From Candidatus Cloacimonadota bacterium (lineage in GTDB: Bacteria; Cloacimonadota; Cloacimonadia; G963667145), in NCBI GenBank assembly GCA_963667255.1, contig OY762940.1, forward strand, positions 320,001 through 384,000: a stretch of DNA of 64,000 bases. The letters are read 5' to 3'. Below are positions 50,275-60,000 of the stretch, one piece after another. The position numbers were made by a program, and so were the translations under genes. The stretch's first letter is position 1. Every line of letters begins with the position of its first letter. Below the pieces are notes generated by a model. The model had not been told where the DNA came from and made no database searches. It saw only the letters and a list, made by a program, of their open reading frames with translations.

Positions 50275-50678
50275 CGCAAACTCTCCAAATAGTTGCCCAA
50301 AATCTCCGCCGCAGCATACATATCCAGCTTGTCTTTCAGCTCAATATCGCTTATGCCTCGTCGTCCCAACTTCTCTCTGGCATCCACAGAAGAAAAAGCC
50401 TCATCATAAAACTCTATCGGCAAATCACAGCAGCAGCCGAGCAGTTCGGCAAACTCCTCCACCTCTTCGCACTTTTTCGTCTTCCTACCTTCCAAATCGT
50501 AGGGCATACCCAAAACCAACTTTTCGGGGGAAATCTCACGCACCAAAGCGGAAAATTTTGCAACAAAATCTTCCTCTCTCGACAAGACTGACAAAGGCTT
50601 AGCAAAGATTTTCAAAGGGTCGGAAACGGCAATCCCAACCCTTTTGGAGCCGTAGTCCAAACAAAGTATCCTGCCCAC
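50271..50678 (-). CDS. ruvX: YqgF/RuvX family nuclease
   Basis: LCLDYGSKRVGIAVSD, VLGMP, DEAFSS, D..AA..IL motifs. Confidence 0.92.
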   Translation of the reverse strand: MGRILCLDYGSKRVGIAVSDPLKIFAKPLSVLSREEDFVAKFSALVREISPEKLVLGMPYDLEGRKTKKCEEVEEFAELLGCCCDLPIEFYDEAFSSVDAREKLGRRGISDIELKDKLDMYAAAEILGNYLESLR

Positions 50679-50968
50679 TAACCTTGTTCAATCTCCTTGT
50701 CCAACTCTGCAATTTTCTTATTCAAAGCCTCAACTTTCTTGAAAAGTTTTTTCAGCTCGTCACTCTCGGCAAAAGTCGCCAAACTGTCCTTATTCTCCAA
50801 AACCAAAGAACCAATTTTAGCTTCCAATTTATACACAGCAGAAGTCAAAGAAGCCTTCTTAAAACGAAGATTGGAAACCTTCATAAACTTTTCCACTTTT
50901 CCACTCAACGCAGAAAAAGAGTTGTTAGCTTTTTCCTTGATGTCCTCAAAATCTTCTCTATTTATCAT
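50678..50968 (-). CDS. Hypothetical coiled-coil protein
   Basis: Short helical ORF in operon; ATG at 50968 with GGGAGG RBS upstream. Confidence 0.65.
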   Translation of the reverse strand: MINREDFEDIKEKANNSFSALSGKVEKFMKVSNLRFKKASLTSAVYKLEAKIGSLVLENKDSLATFAESDELKKLFKKVEALNKKIAELDKEIEQG

Positions 50969-50980
50969 TGTCAACCTCCC

Positions 50981-51781
50981 TTAACAATCGTTTTTCATCT
51001 TTATAATTTTCGCCGTGCAACTCTCCATCGCCTTGTGCACAGCCCTCTCAAAGCCGTTTTCCTTCAGTGCCAAGACCGCCTCTATAGTCGAACCGCCAGG
51101 ACTGCAAACTCTGTCTTGCAAAACATCGGGATGCTCCCCTGTCTCCAGCACCATCTTGGCAGCTCCAAGCACCGTCTGTGCCGCCAACTTGTAAGCAACA
51201 TCTCCCGCAAATCCCTGCTCTATTCCCGCTTGCCCCATCGCTCGGATTAGCTCGTAAACATAAGCAGGAGCACTGCCACTGATAGCCGGAACAGTGTCCA
51301 TCAACTTCACGGAAACTCTCTGCACCAAGCCAACGCTACCGAATAACTTCTCCACTTCTTCAATATCTAATTCAGTTGCCCCATCGCTCGGATAATAACA
51401 GCAAACTCCCTCTCGCACCAACATCGGCGTATTGGGCATAGCCACGATATATCGGCGGAATTTTGCTTGGGAATTGGTTTCATCACAAATCTTGCGTATC
51501 CTCTCGCCTGTCAAGCCGGCAACGATACTCACAAGCAAGTGCTTCTCATCCGACAAATATGCGGAAATCTCTCGCAAAACCTCCTCGCAAACCTGCGGTT
51601 TCACAGCCAAGAAAATCGTCCCAGACCAATCAGCAAGCTCTTTATAAGAAGAAAATCTTCTAAACTCTTCGCTGTTTACTTTGGGATCAAGATAGCCGAT
51701 TTCCAACGAACCATCGCTTGCCGAAAATCCTTTCGCCAAAGCAAACCCCATATTGCCCATACCGATAAATCCAATTTTCAT
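50981..51781 (-). CDS. proC: Pyrroline-5-carboxylate reductase
   Basis: GFIGMGNMG, LAVKPQ, SIVAG, MPNTP, SGSAPAY, VCSPGGSTI motifs. Confidence 0.96.
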   Translation of the reverse strand: MKIGFIGMGNMGFALAKGFSASDGSLEIGYLDPKVNSEEFRRFSSYKELADWSGTIFLAVKPQVCEEVLREISAYLSDEKHLLVSIVAGLTGERIRKICDETNSQAKFRRYIVAMPNTPMLVREGVCCYYPSDGATELDIEEVEKLFGSVGLVQRVSVKLMDTVPAISGSAPAYVYELIRAMGQAGIEQGFAGDVAYKLAAQTVLGAAKMVLETGEHPDVLQDRVCSPGGSTIEAVLALKENGFERAVHKAMESCTAKIIKMKNDC

Positions 51782-51815
51782 CTATTCTCCTGCCAAAATT
51801 TCATAACTTCCATCT

Positions 51816-52601
51816 CTACACAAACAGCGTCCCGTCTTTCTCTCTATTGTAGAGCTTCTCGATAACGCCCTTGACCTTGCCATTGGTGATGATGGTCGGC
51901 ACGCCCAAATCCTGCAACATCTGTGCCGCATGCAACTTAGTCTCTATGCCACCTCTGCCCAAACTGCCCGGAGAGTCTATCTCTATCTCGCCACGCAATC
52001 TCTGAATATCTTCCACTTTGGTTATCAACTTCGCCTGCAAATTCTTATGCGGATTCTTGTCGAAGATGCCATCAATGTCGCTCAAGATTATCAGCACTCC
52101 GGCACTCGCCAGCTTGGCGACTCGGGCAGCAAGCGTATCGTTGTCGCCAATCTCCAACTCTTTGATGCTCACCGTGTCGTTCTCATTCACTATAGGGATG
52201 ACCTGCTCGTCAAGCAGAGTAAACAGCGTATTGCGAATATTCAGCACCCGCCTGTCGTCAGCAAAATCCTCTATCGTCAAAAGCAGTTGTGCAATCAGTT
52301 TGTCATATTTAGCAAAATTATCCTTGTAGCTCTCCAAAAGATTAATCTGCCCGATAGCACACAGAGCCTGCTTGAAGCACATATCGTTGTATCTCGCCCA
52401 TTTACCAATGAGACCCGCACCAGTAACCTTGGCACCGGAAGAGACCAAAATCACCTCTTTCCCCATCTCTGTGAGCCAATTGACCTGCTGACAAATATCG
52501 GCAACCACAGGCAAATCGACCTTGCCCTCCGCCGAAGTCAGCGTGTTGCTACCGATTTTGATAACGACTCTCTTTGCTTTATCTATTACATTTTTTATCA
52601 T
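51816..52601 (-). CDS. proB: Glutamate 5-kinase (no PUA domain)
   Basis: VVIKIGS, LVSSGA, QA..AIGQ, PIVNENDT, GDND.LAA, LSDIDG, GRGG..TK motifs. Confidence 0.95.
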   Translation of the reverse strand: MIKNVIDKAKRVVIKIGSNTLTSAEGKVDLPVVADICQQVNWLTEMGKEVILVSSGAKVTGAGLIGKWARYNDMCFKQALCAIGQINLLESYKDNFAKYDKLIAQLLLTIEDFADDRRVLNIRNTLFTLLDEQVIPIVNENDTVSIKELEIGDNDTLAARVAKLASAGVLIILSDIDGIFDKNPHKNLQAKLITKVEDIQRLRGEIEIDSPGSLGRGGIETKLHAAQMLQDLGVPTIITNGKVKGVIEKLYNREKDGTLFV

Positions 52602-53068
52602 CTACTAACCTCACTCGGAAGCAAATCCTCCACCTTTCTTTTAAGCTGGCGATACTGTCCACCCTGCCAATACACCCTGCCACAACCCAAACAAACCTTG
52701 AACTCGCTATATTGCTCTGCGACCCTCTCGGGAACTCGCCCTACAACTTTTTCTCGCTCGGTATCCAAAAGCAACTCGTTACACTGCGGGCATCTGCTCC
52801 CGATAGCCTCACTATCCAAACCGAAATCCGCCAAAATCTGCGAGAACCAGTTCCAATGTCCAACACCCAACAATCTGTATCGCTCAACAGCAGGAGGAAA
52901 TCTCTTTCTGTCTTCCGTAATCAAAATCCTCTTCTCCGCTGATAAAATCGACAGCACCCGCCCTCTCGACAACGCTCTGTAAACCCGCACATCATATCCA
53001 GCAAAACGAAGCAATCCAGCAAGGCTCAGATAGAAATGGCTCAATAAAAACTTCGGGCTCTCTCTCAA
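52598..53068 (-). CDS. Mut7-C RNase-domain protein (PIN-like plus Zn ribbon)
   Basis: LA..LR..GYD, E.RILIT.D, SRCPQCN, VP..V, C..CGRVYW.G motifs. Confidence 0.78.
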   Translation of the reverse strand: MRESPKFLLSHFYLSLAGLLRFAGYDVRVYRALSRGRVLSILSAEKRILITEDRKRFPPAVERYRLLGVGHWNWFSQILADFGLDSEAIGSRCPQCNELLLDTEREKVVGRVPERVAEQYSEFKVCLGCGRVYWQGGQYRQLKRKVEDLLPSEVSR

Positions 53069-53083
53069 GGATTTACACCCTCA

Positions 53084-56000
53084 TCAGTTACTAACACTTA
53101 CCTGATAAAAAAGTTTCCCTTCCAAATAGTCCAACAATCGCCCCGAGGGGAACACACACAAATTTTTGCTACAAACCCTCAGCGGCTTGGTTGTAGCCCC
53201 CGTGTCTATATCGAAATACACCTTGAAATTGCCTTTATTTCTGCGGAGAATAGGCAAAAGCTCTTTGTCCTTGCCCTCTTCCAAATCTTTTTGGGAAAAC
53301 TTAATCAGCAAAGACCCGCTCGCCTTGGTCCGCAAATCTTCCAACTTGGTAATGCTATTTGGGATTATTTTCAGCTCTCTCGCCTGTTCAACCACTCCGA
53401 AAGTGGATTGCCGCCCACAAACAAACAACCTATCGCCCTCGGACAACTTGTCCGAATAGTTCAGAAAATCCTGACCGAACAAACTTATCTCGAACTCTCC
53501 ATAAAAATCTTCCATACTCACGATAGCGAAAGCCTTATTTTTATTGGTGCTTCTTCTAACGATTTTGCTGACAATACCCGCAATCTTCAGCTCGGACGGC
53601 AAAGATTTGCTTTCGAAAAAACTCTTGGTGTTCACATTGGTTATCTTGTCTATCAACCCCTCAAACTCCTGCAGAGGATGCCCCGACAAATAGAAACCCA
53701 AATACTTCTTCTCGTTCGTCAACTTATCTTTATTAGTCCATTTGAGCGTTTGGCTCAATTTTGGTTTGTGAGTGATAAAATTTTGCTCTCCGCCAAGCGA
53801 CTCAAAAATAGAAATCTGGTCGGAAGCCTCTCTCCGCTGGCAAGCACTGCCATACTCCAAGGCTGACTCAATAGCCTCATCCTTGGCATGCCTCGTGCCG
53901 GGCAAACAGTCCATCGCCCCCGAGCAAATAAGAGCACTGAAAGTTGCCTTGTTGACAGCCATCAAATCCACTCTGGCAGCAAAATCAAACAAATCCTCGA
54001 ACTCACCCCCCTGCTCACGAGCAAACACGATACTATTTATAGCAGCCTCTCCGACACTCTTTATTCCGCTGAGACCGAACAAAATCTTCTCGTCCCTCAC
54101 CAAGAAATTCTTTTCGCACATATTGACATTGGGCTGAATGACCTCAATCCCCATCTGACGAAGTTTATTCAAGAAAGTAGGAATCTTGATGGGGTCTTCC
54201 TCCAGCGAGAGCAAAGAAGCCATAAACTCCACAGGATAGTGAGCCTTGAGATACGCAGTTTGGTAAGCCACCAAAGCGTAACAGGCAGCGTGCGACTTGT
54301 TGAAGGCATAGCTAGCAAACTGCTCCCACTCTCTCCAAATCGTCTTAATCTGTGCAACCGAAATCCCGTTTTTCTTGGCACCCTCTTCAAACTGCGAATA
54401 GAGCTTGTCCATCAGAGCCTTTTTCTTCTTGCCCATCGCCTTCCGCAGCGTGTCGGCTTGCCCACCAGTAAATCCGCCCAAAATCTTGGACATCCTCATC
54501 ACTTGCTCTTGATACACGGTAATCCCGTAAGTCTCCTCAAGAATATCCTTCATCAGCGGATGAGCATACTCTATCTTCTCCTTGCCATGCTTACGATTGA
54601 TAAAAGAGTCGATATATTGCATCGGACCCGGACGGTAGAGAGACACCATCGCCACGAGGTCGCCAAAACAGTTCGGCTGCAAACTCTTGAGATTTTTCTT
54701 CATGCCGTCGGACTCAAACTGGAAAACTCCGTCCGTCGCACCATTACCAAAAAGTGCAAAAGTCAACTCGTCATCCATCGGCAGATTATGAATATCAAGA
54801 GGAGACCCCAAGCGACCACCCACCAAATCCACCGTGTCCTTTATCAGCGTGAGGTTTTTCAACCCCAAAACATCCATCTTGAGCAACTTCAAGTCGTCGA
54901 GCCACTGACCCTCATACTGACTAAGCACAACCGGAGGCTCATTTTTTCTCGCCTTGGCAGTGGCAATCGGCACAACTCTTTGCATATCGTAGGGAGCTAT
55001 CAGCGTTCCACAGGCGTGCACGCCCGTTTGGCGAATAAGCCCCTCGACAAAAAGACTGTGCTTGTAAACCTCTTTGTAAACGCTATTGGAGTCTATCATC
55101 TGCTTGAAATTGCCGTTGGAAGAGTATTCCTCCGTCAACTTGGCACCCATAGGCTTGTCGATAGTCTTGGTAATCTCATTAGCCTCAACAGCACTGACAC
55201 CCAACACTCTAGCAACATCTTTCAGGGCAACCTTGGCAGCCAAAGAGGAAAAAGTCACTATCTGGCTGACGCACTCTCTGCCGTATTTACTCACCAAATA
55301 CTCGATAATCCGCCCTCTGCCTCTAGTGCAAAAGTCGATGTCAATATCGGGCATCCCGATTCTATCGGGATTGAGAAAACGCTCGAAAAGCAGTCCATGC
55401 TCTATCGGGTCTAACTGGGTAATCCCCAAAAGGTAACCCACGATACTCCCAGCGGCAGAGCCTCTACCAGGACCAACCGGAATATCCATTTCCCGAGCCG
55501 CATCTATCATGTCCTTGACTATCAAAAAATAAGACTCATAGCCCATCTTGCCGATAGTAGCCAACTCAAACTCTATCCGCTCACGAATATCGTCCGCAAT
55601 TGCAGGATATTTCCCAGGGATAGACTCCTCCACCAAATGTCGCAAATACTCCTTCACATCGGTAAAGCCATCGGGAACATCGAACTTGGGCAGGAGATAA
55701 TCTTTATAAAAACTGTTCAACTCAAAATCGACCTTATCCGCTATCGCCACGGTGTTGCTGACCGCCTCGGGAATCTGTGGGAAGAGCTGTGCCATCTGCT
55801 CGGGAGATTTGAAATAAAGTTGATTGGAATCCATTTTGAACCTATCGGGGTCATCAAGAGTGGTGTTCGTCTGGATGCAGAGCAAGACCTCGTGCGAGTC
55901 GGCGTCCTCTTCCCGCAAGTAGTGGCAATCGTTCGTCACCACCATCGGCAAGCCGTTGGAGCGAGCCAACTCTATCAAATCGGGCATCACCCTGTCTTCG

Positions 56001-56545
56001 TTGGCTATCCCGTGATTTTGCAACTCGATGTAGTAATCGTCGCCGAAAGTGCTTTTGTAGAAGTCAACCGCCTCTTGAGCGGCTTGCAAATCGGCAGCCA
56101 ACAGATGACGGGGAATCTCGCCGGCGATACAGCCAGACAAGGCTATTAGCCCCTCGGAGCACTCTCGCAAGAACGCTTTGTCCACGCGAGGTTTGTAATA
56201 AAACCCGTCCACATATCCGCGGGAAGCTATCCGCATGAGATTGGAGTAGCCGACTTCGTTTTTTACCAAAAGCACAAGATGATTTCGTTTGTCGTTTTTG
56301 GACTGAGGATTGTCAAAATCGTGGTCAACTACATACGCTTCCATTCCCAAGATTGGCTTGATGCCCTTGTCCTTGGCTTTTTTGTAAAACTCCACCAAAC
56401 CGAAGATGTTGCCGTGGTCTGTGATGGCGACAGCTTTCATCTTCATCTTGATAGCTATGTCTATCATCTTGTCGATTTTGCAGGCACCATCCAGCATGCT
56501 GTATTGGGTATGATTATGTAAATGAACGAAATCCACTATTTTCAC
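53084..56545 (-). CDS. dnaE: DNA polymerase III alpha subunit
   Basis: FVHLHNHTQYSMLDG (PHP), GPGRGSAAGS, FERFLNP.R..MPDIDIDF, KMDVLGL, YQEQVM, YAFNKSH, C-terminal OB fold; no intein. Confidence 0.98.
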   Translation of the reverse strand: MKIVDFVHLHNHTQYSMLDGACKIDKMIDIAIKMKMKAVAITDHGNIFGLVEFYKKAKDKGIKPILGMEAYVVDHDFDNPQSKNDKRNHLVLLVKNEVGYSNLMRIASRGYVDGFYYKPRVDKAFLRECSEGLIALSGCIAGEIPRHLLAADLQAAQEAVDFYKSTFGDDYYIELQNHGIANEDRVMPDLIELARSNGLPMVVTNDCHYLREEDADSHEVLLCIQTNTTLDDPDRFKMDSNQLYFKSPEQMAQLFPQIPEAVSNTVAIADKVDFELNSFYKDYLLPKFDVPDGFTDVKEYLRHLVEESIPGKYPAIADDIRERIEFELATIGKMGYESYFLIVKDMIDAAREMDIPVGPGRGSAAGSIVGYLLGITQLDPIEHGLLFERFLNPDRIGMPDIDIDFCTRGRGRIIEYLVSKYGRECVSQIVTFSSLAAKVALKDVARVLGVSAVEANEITKTIDKPMGAKLTEEYSSNGNFKQMIDSNSVYKEVYKHSLFVEGLIRQTGVHACGTLIAPYDMQRVVPIATAKARKNEPPVVLSQYEGQWLDDLKLLKMDVLGLKNLTLIKDTVDLVGGRLGSPLDIHNLPMDDELTFALFGNGATDGVFQFESDGMKKNLKSLQPNCFGDLVAMVSLYRPGPMQYIDSFINRKHGKEKIEYAHPLMKDILEETYGITVYQEQVMRMSKILGGFTGGQADTLRKAMGKKKKALMDKLYSQFEEGAKKNGISVAQIKTIWREWEQFASYAFNKSHAACYALVAYQTAYLKAHYPVEFMASLLSLEEDPIKIPTFLNKLRQMGIEVIQPNVNMCEKNFLVRDEKILFGLSGIKSVGEAAINSIVFAREQGGEFEDLFDFAARVDLMAVNKATFSALICSGAMDCLPGTRHAKDEAIESALEYGSACQRREASDQISIFESLGGEQNFITHKPKLSQTLKWTNKDKLTNEKKYLGFYLSGHPLQEFEGLIDKITNVNTKSFFESKSLPSELKIAGIVSKIVRRSTNKNKAFAIVSMEDFYGEFEISLFGQDFLNYSDKLSEGDRLFVCGRQSTFGVVEQARELKIIPNSITKLEDLRTKASGSLLIKFSQKDLEEGKDKELLPILRRNKGNFKVYFDIDTGATTKPLRVCSKNLCVFPSGRLLDYLEGKLFYQVSVSN

Positions 56546-56660
56546 TCTCTCTATCGGTTTACTTTCCTCTAAGAAAGTTAGACGGCTAATTTTGTCAATT
56601 TTACTTTTTAAAAAATTGTGTAGAGGGAAACAATGGGATGTCCGCTCGCTTCTCTAACCA

Positions 56661-56793
56661 CTCATGCCCGTGGAAACGGGTATCCATTCGTTCTCGTTCC
56701 CAAGCTCCAGCTTGGGAATGCATAAGGGAAAAAGCAACTGCTGGTGTCTCCTGTCCGCTCCCCGACTGGATTCCCGCCTCCGCGGGAATGAGG
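56661..56793. repeat. REP-like palindrome cluster 2
   Basis: CTCATGCCCGTGGAAACGGGTATCCAT (56661-56687), CTCGTTCCCAAGCTCCAGCTTGGGAATGC (56693-56721) and CTGGATTCCCGCCTCCGCGGGAATGAGG (56766-56793). Confidence 0.8.
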
Positions 56794-56858
56794 AGGGAGT
56801 GCAGGAATGAGGAGGAAAGGGGAAGCACCTGCTATCTCCCTGTCCCTCTGAGCAAGGC

Positions 56859-56893
56859 AAAAAAAACACTGGCGAGTTACCAACTCGACAGTG
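56859..56893 (-). terminator. Intrinsic terminator downstream of the giant surface protein gene
   Basis: Minus strand reads CACTGtCGAGTT-ggt-AACTCGcCAGTG followed by T8. Confidence 0.7.
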
Positions 56894-57029
56894 CTCCACA
56901 AAAAATTATCAATTACTTTGCCTTGGCAAAGTCAAGCACAAGGCAATAATCTATTGCTTGGTATTTTTGTGCTTGGTCAATTATCCCCTCTTAGTCTTCT
57001 CTCCGGCTGGTAGCGAGAGACAATCTCTA

Positions 57030-60000
57030 CTAAAATTTGACCATCGCCTTTATGTAATTATACTCTTGGTCATAACTATATACCGGAGTAACACCAAATC
57101 GAGTACAATAATTTACATAGTAATTAATTCTATCCTTTCTAGATTTATCAAACCAAGAATCTGTCGCTATAGAAGAACCTGCCTCCATACCCCCATTAAT
57201 AATGGTGATAGTAAGAGCAAAAGAATATACCTTGTCTGAAGATTGACTGCCGGTGCCAGTATCCCAATAATCATGCATAACAGCGTGACAAGAAGGAATA
57301 TAACCATCTCGGGCTGTCATCCAAAAGAAAATGCTACCATACCAAAATAGAACAGCATCAGACAATAAGTTATCTGGATGATCCAAAAGTATTTGCTTAT
57401 CCCCATAATAGTCTGCACTCAGAGGTCCATAATTATAGTTCCAAGAGGTTTGAAGAGCACCACGACCATAATACCATTGCCCAGAAGTAATGGGATAGGT
57501 CGTATTCGTAGTAGCTTGGTAATCATTATATGCATAATGATCGCCTCCATGCTCCGCGTTAGGGTCATAGTACCAAGTAGCAGTGTTATTTAACCCATAT
57601 ACAGCACACTCTCTCGGATAAACATAACCCCAATTAACATCCCCATTAGAACCAGTAGTCTCATGGCTGGTATTAGCAAGGAAAGCTGCCAACTCTCTTT
57701 TATTATAAGCATTATCAGTATTTCCTAAAAATGCATTCTTACCAGTCAAACTAGGATGCTTAGATGTATACAAATTTATCGCTGAATCTAATGCAGTCCA
57801 CCTAAACAAGAATTTATCAGGAACATCACCCCAATATGGATAATAAGGCACCCCTTTGCTACCATTATAGTAATTTCTATTAGGATTCCATTGATTAAAC
57901 TGTGCCTCTGTCATATATTTCGCCAGTAACGATGCATCCATCCATATCGCATAGAGTGTAATATTGGCTGACACAGGAATACTATCATCTTTTGCATATT
58001 GAGTGCCCCCAGTAGAGCCCGCAGCCCACTTGTCGAATTTCTTGCCAGTAGGAACGGTAAAGCTACACGCAGGTGCGGTATAGTTAACCGGACCGCCCCA
58101 CACTGCATAGAGCGTCACACTACTTGTCGGAGTGTAATTTGAACTGAGGTTGTTAGTAGGTATCGTTGCACTTGCGGTCGTAGCCCATCCCAGCAGCTTC
58201 TTATCCACAGTCTGACCTGTCATAGAGCCAGTGCCACCATTGGCATTGAAGCTGACGGTGTATCTATTACTGCCTGCCGTAATGCCTGTGCCACTATTGA
58301 GCGTCGTAGAGTTACCTTTCGTTACAGTTACCTGGGGTGGCACCGTGCCTTGTCCACCGTTGAGATCGTAGGTAATGGTGTATTGCGGAGCCCATATCGC
58401 ATAGAGTGTCATATCGGCTGTTGGTGTGATGTCAGCATTCACGGTATAAGATGTCCCTGAGCCATCTGCGTTAGTTGCCCATTTGGTGAATACCTTGTCA
58501 GTAGGAGCGGTAAAGCCACACGCAGGTGCTTTGCAGCTATTGCCGGAGCCCCACACTGCATAGAGCGTCACATTTCCTGACGGAGTGAAACCTGTTTGAC
58601 CAAGGGTGTAAGAAGTTCCTGTTCCATTGGATGCAGTGTTCCATCCTGTCAGCTTCTTGAGCACAGTCGAGTCCGTCATAGTGCCAGAGCCAGTATTTCC
58701 ATCGAATTTGACGGTGTATTTATTATTAGTGCCTGCACTGAAGCCTGTGCCACCATCGAGCATCACAGAGGTCCCAGCCTTCCACACTACATATAGTGTC
58801 ATGTTCCCTGACACAGGGATATTTGATGCACCAAAATCGTATTCAACAGTTGTTGCATTTGAAGTCTTAGCCCATCCCAGTGCCGTTTTGCTCACTTTCT
58901 GACTGTCTATCGAACCGGCGCCATTGTTGTTGTTGTAGAAGATTGTATCATAACGAGTAGCATCAGATGGTTTACTAGCAAGAGTCGCATTAGACCCTAT
59001 CTGCACATACTGCGTAGATGGCGTCGTGCCTGCTCCACCGTTGAGATTGTAGGTAATGGTGTATTGTTGCTTCCACACGGCATAGAGGGTAATATCAGTG
59101 AGGAATTGCACTTGTTGCCCCGCTGTGTAGGCGACTGTGCTAGACCCACTGGTCGTAGCCCATCCAGTTAATGTATATCCGCTATACACCATACTGCCCT
59201 TATCGGCGATAGTCACTTTAGCCCCATACTCTACAGTAACAGCAGAAGGAACAGTTCCCGAGGTGAGAGTAACAGTATTGACATAGGTAATCGTAGGTTT
59301 CTTCTTCCACACTGCATAGAGCATAACATCATTGAGGAATAGCTTTCGTTGTCCCGCTGTGTAGGTGGCTGTAGTAGCACTGCTACTCTCAGCCCATCCA
59401 GTAAATGTATATCCGCTATACACCATATTGCCAGTATTCCCAGGGATATCTATTGAGTCTCCATAGTTAGGGTTAGTCGCTGAAGGAACACTCCCCTCTG
59501 AGATACTGACATTAGCTTTGTAGGTAATCGTAGGGTTCTTCTTCCACACTGCATAGAGGATAACAGCACCCGAACTTGTAAATTTCGCTGTATCTCCCTC
59601 CTTATATGTAGCCACAGTCGCCGTACTATTAGTATCCCAACCGGTGAATGTGTAATTTGTCTTTGTTAAAGTGCCTCTCCCTAAGATAATCGTGGAATCG
59701 GTAGTGAAGAAAGGATTAAGTTCTTGAGGAAGGATAGGAGCTGTTCCTCCTGTATTTCCATTGCCGTTATAGGTGAGATTGACTGAGCCTCTCCAAATAG
59801 CGTAGAGAGTAGTGTCGCTCTCCGCATCCAGTTTCACTCCCGGGTTATAGGTCGTTCCAGTATTATCGCTCTTACTATTCCAATGAACAAATCCATTATC
59901 TGTTTTTGTAAAACCGCAAACAAGAATAGTCTGGTTTGCTCCAGTAGTAGGAGACATAGAGCCACCGTCAGCACCGTTGCCATCGTATGTTATCTTGAAG

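Noticed and set aside
51816..52601. ProB without a PUA domain and no adjacent proA; aro operon lacking aroC, aroD/E and aroK
   Set aside because: Short ProB forms and split pathways are common; the missing genes may be elsewhere in the genome.
53888..55414. 508-aa plus-strand ORF opposite dnaE, and similar long ORFs at 462..1322, 3710..4807, 24196..25233, 35843..36781, 47410..48408, 49315..50292 and 51930..52982
   Set aside because: Each lies antisense to a clearly recognisable gene and has no motifs; best explained as shadow frames from biased codon usage.
53084..56545. Possible intein in DnaE
   Set aside because: Length (1,153 aa) and motif spacing are normal, with no splice-junction or homing-endonuclease motifs.
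56860..56900. tRNA-like 5' sequence on the minus strand (GGAGCACTGTCGAGTTGGT...)
   Set aside because: No T-loop or cloverleaf; it folds as one hairpin plus T-run, i.e. a terminator.
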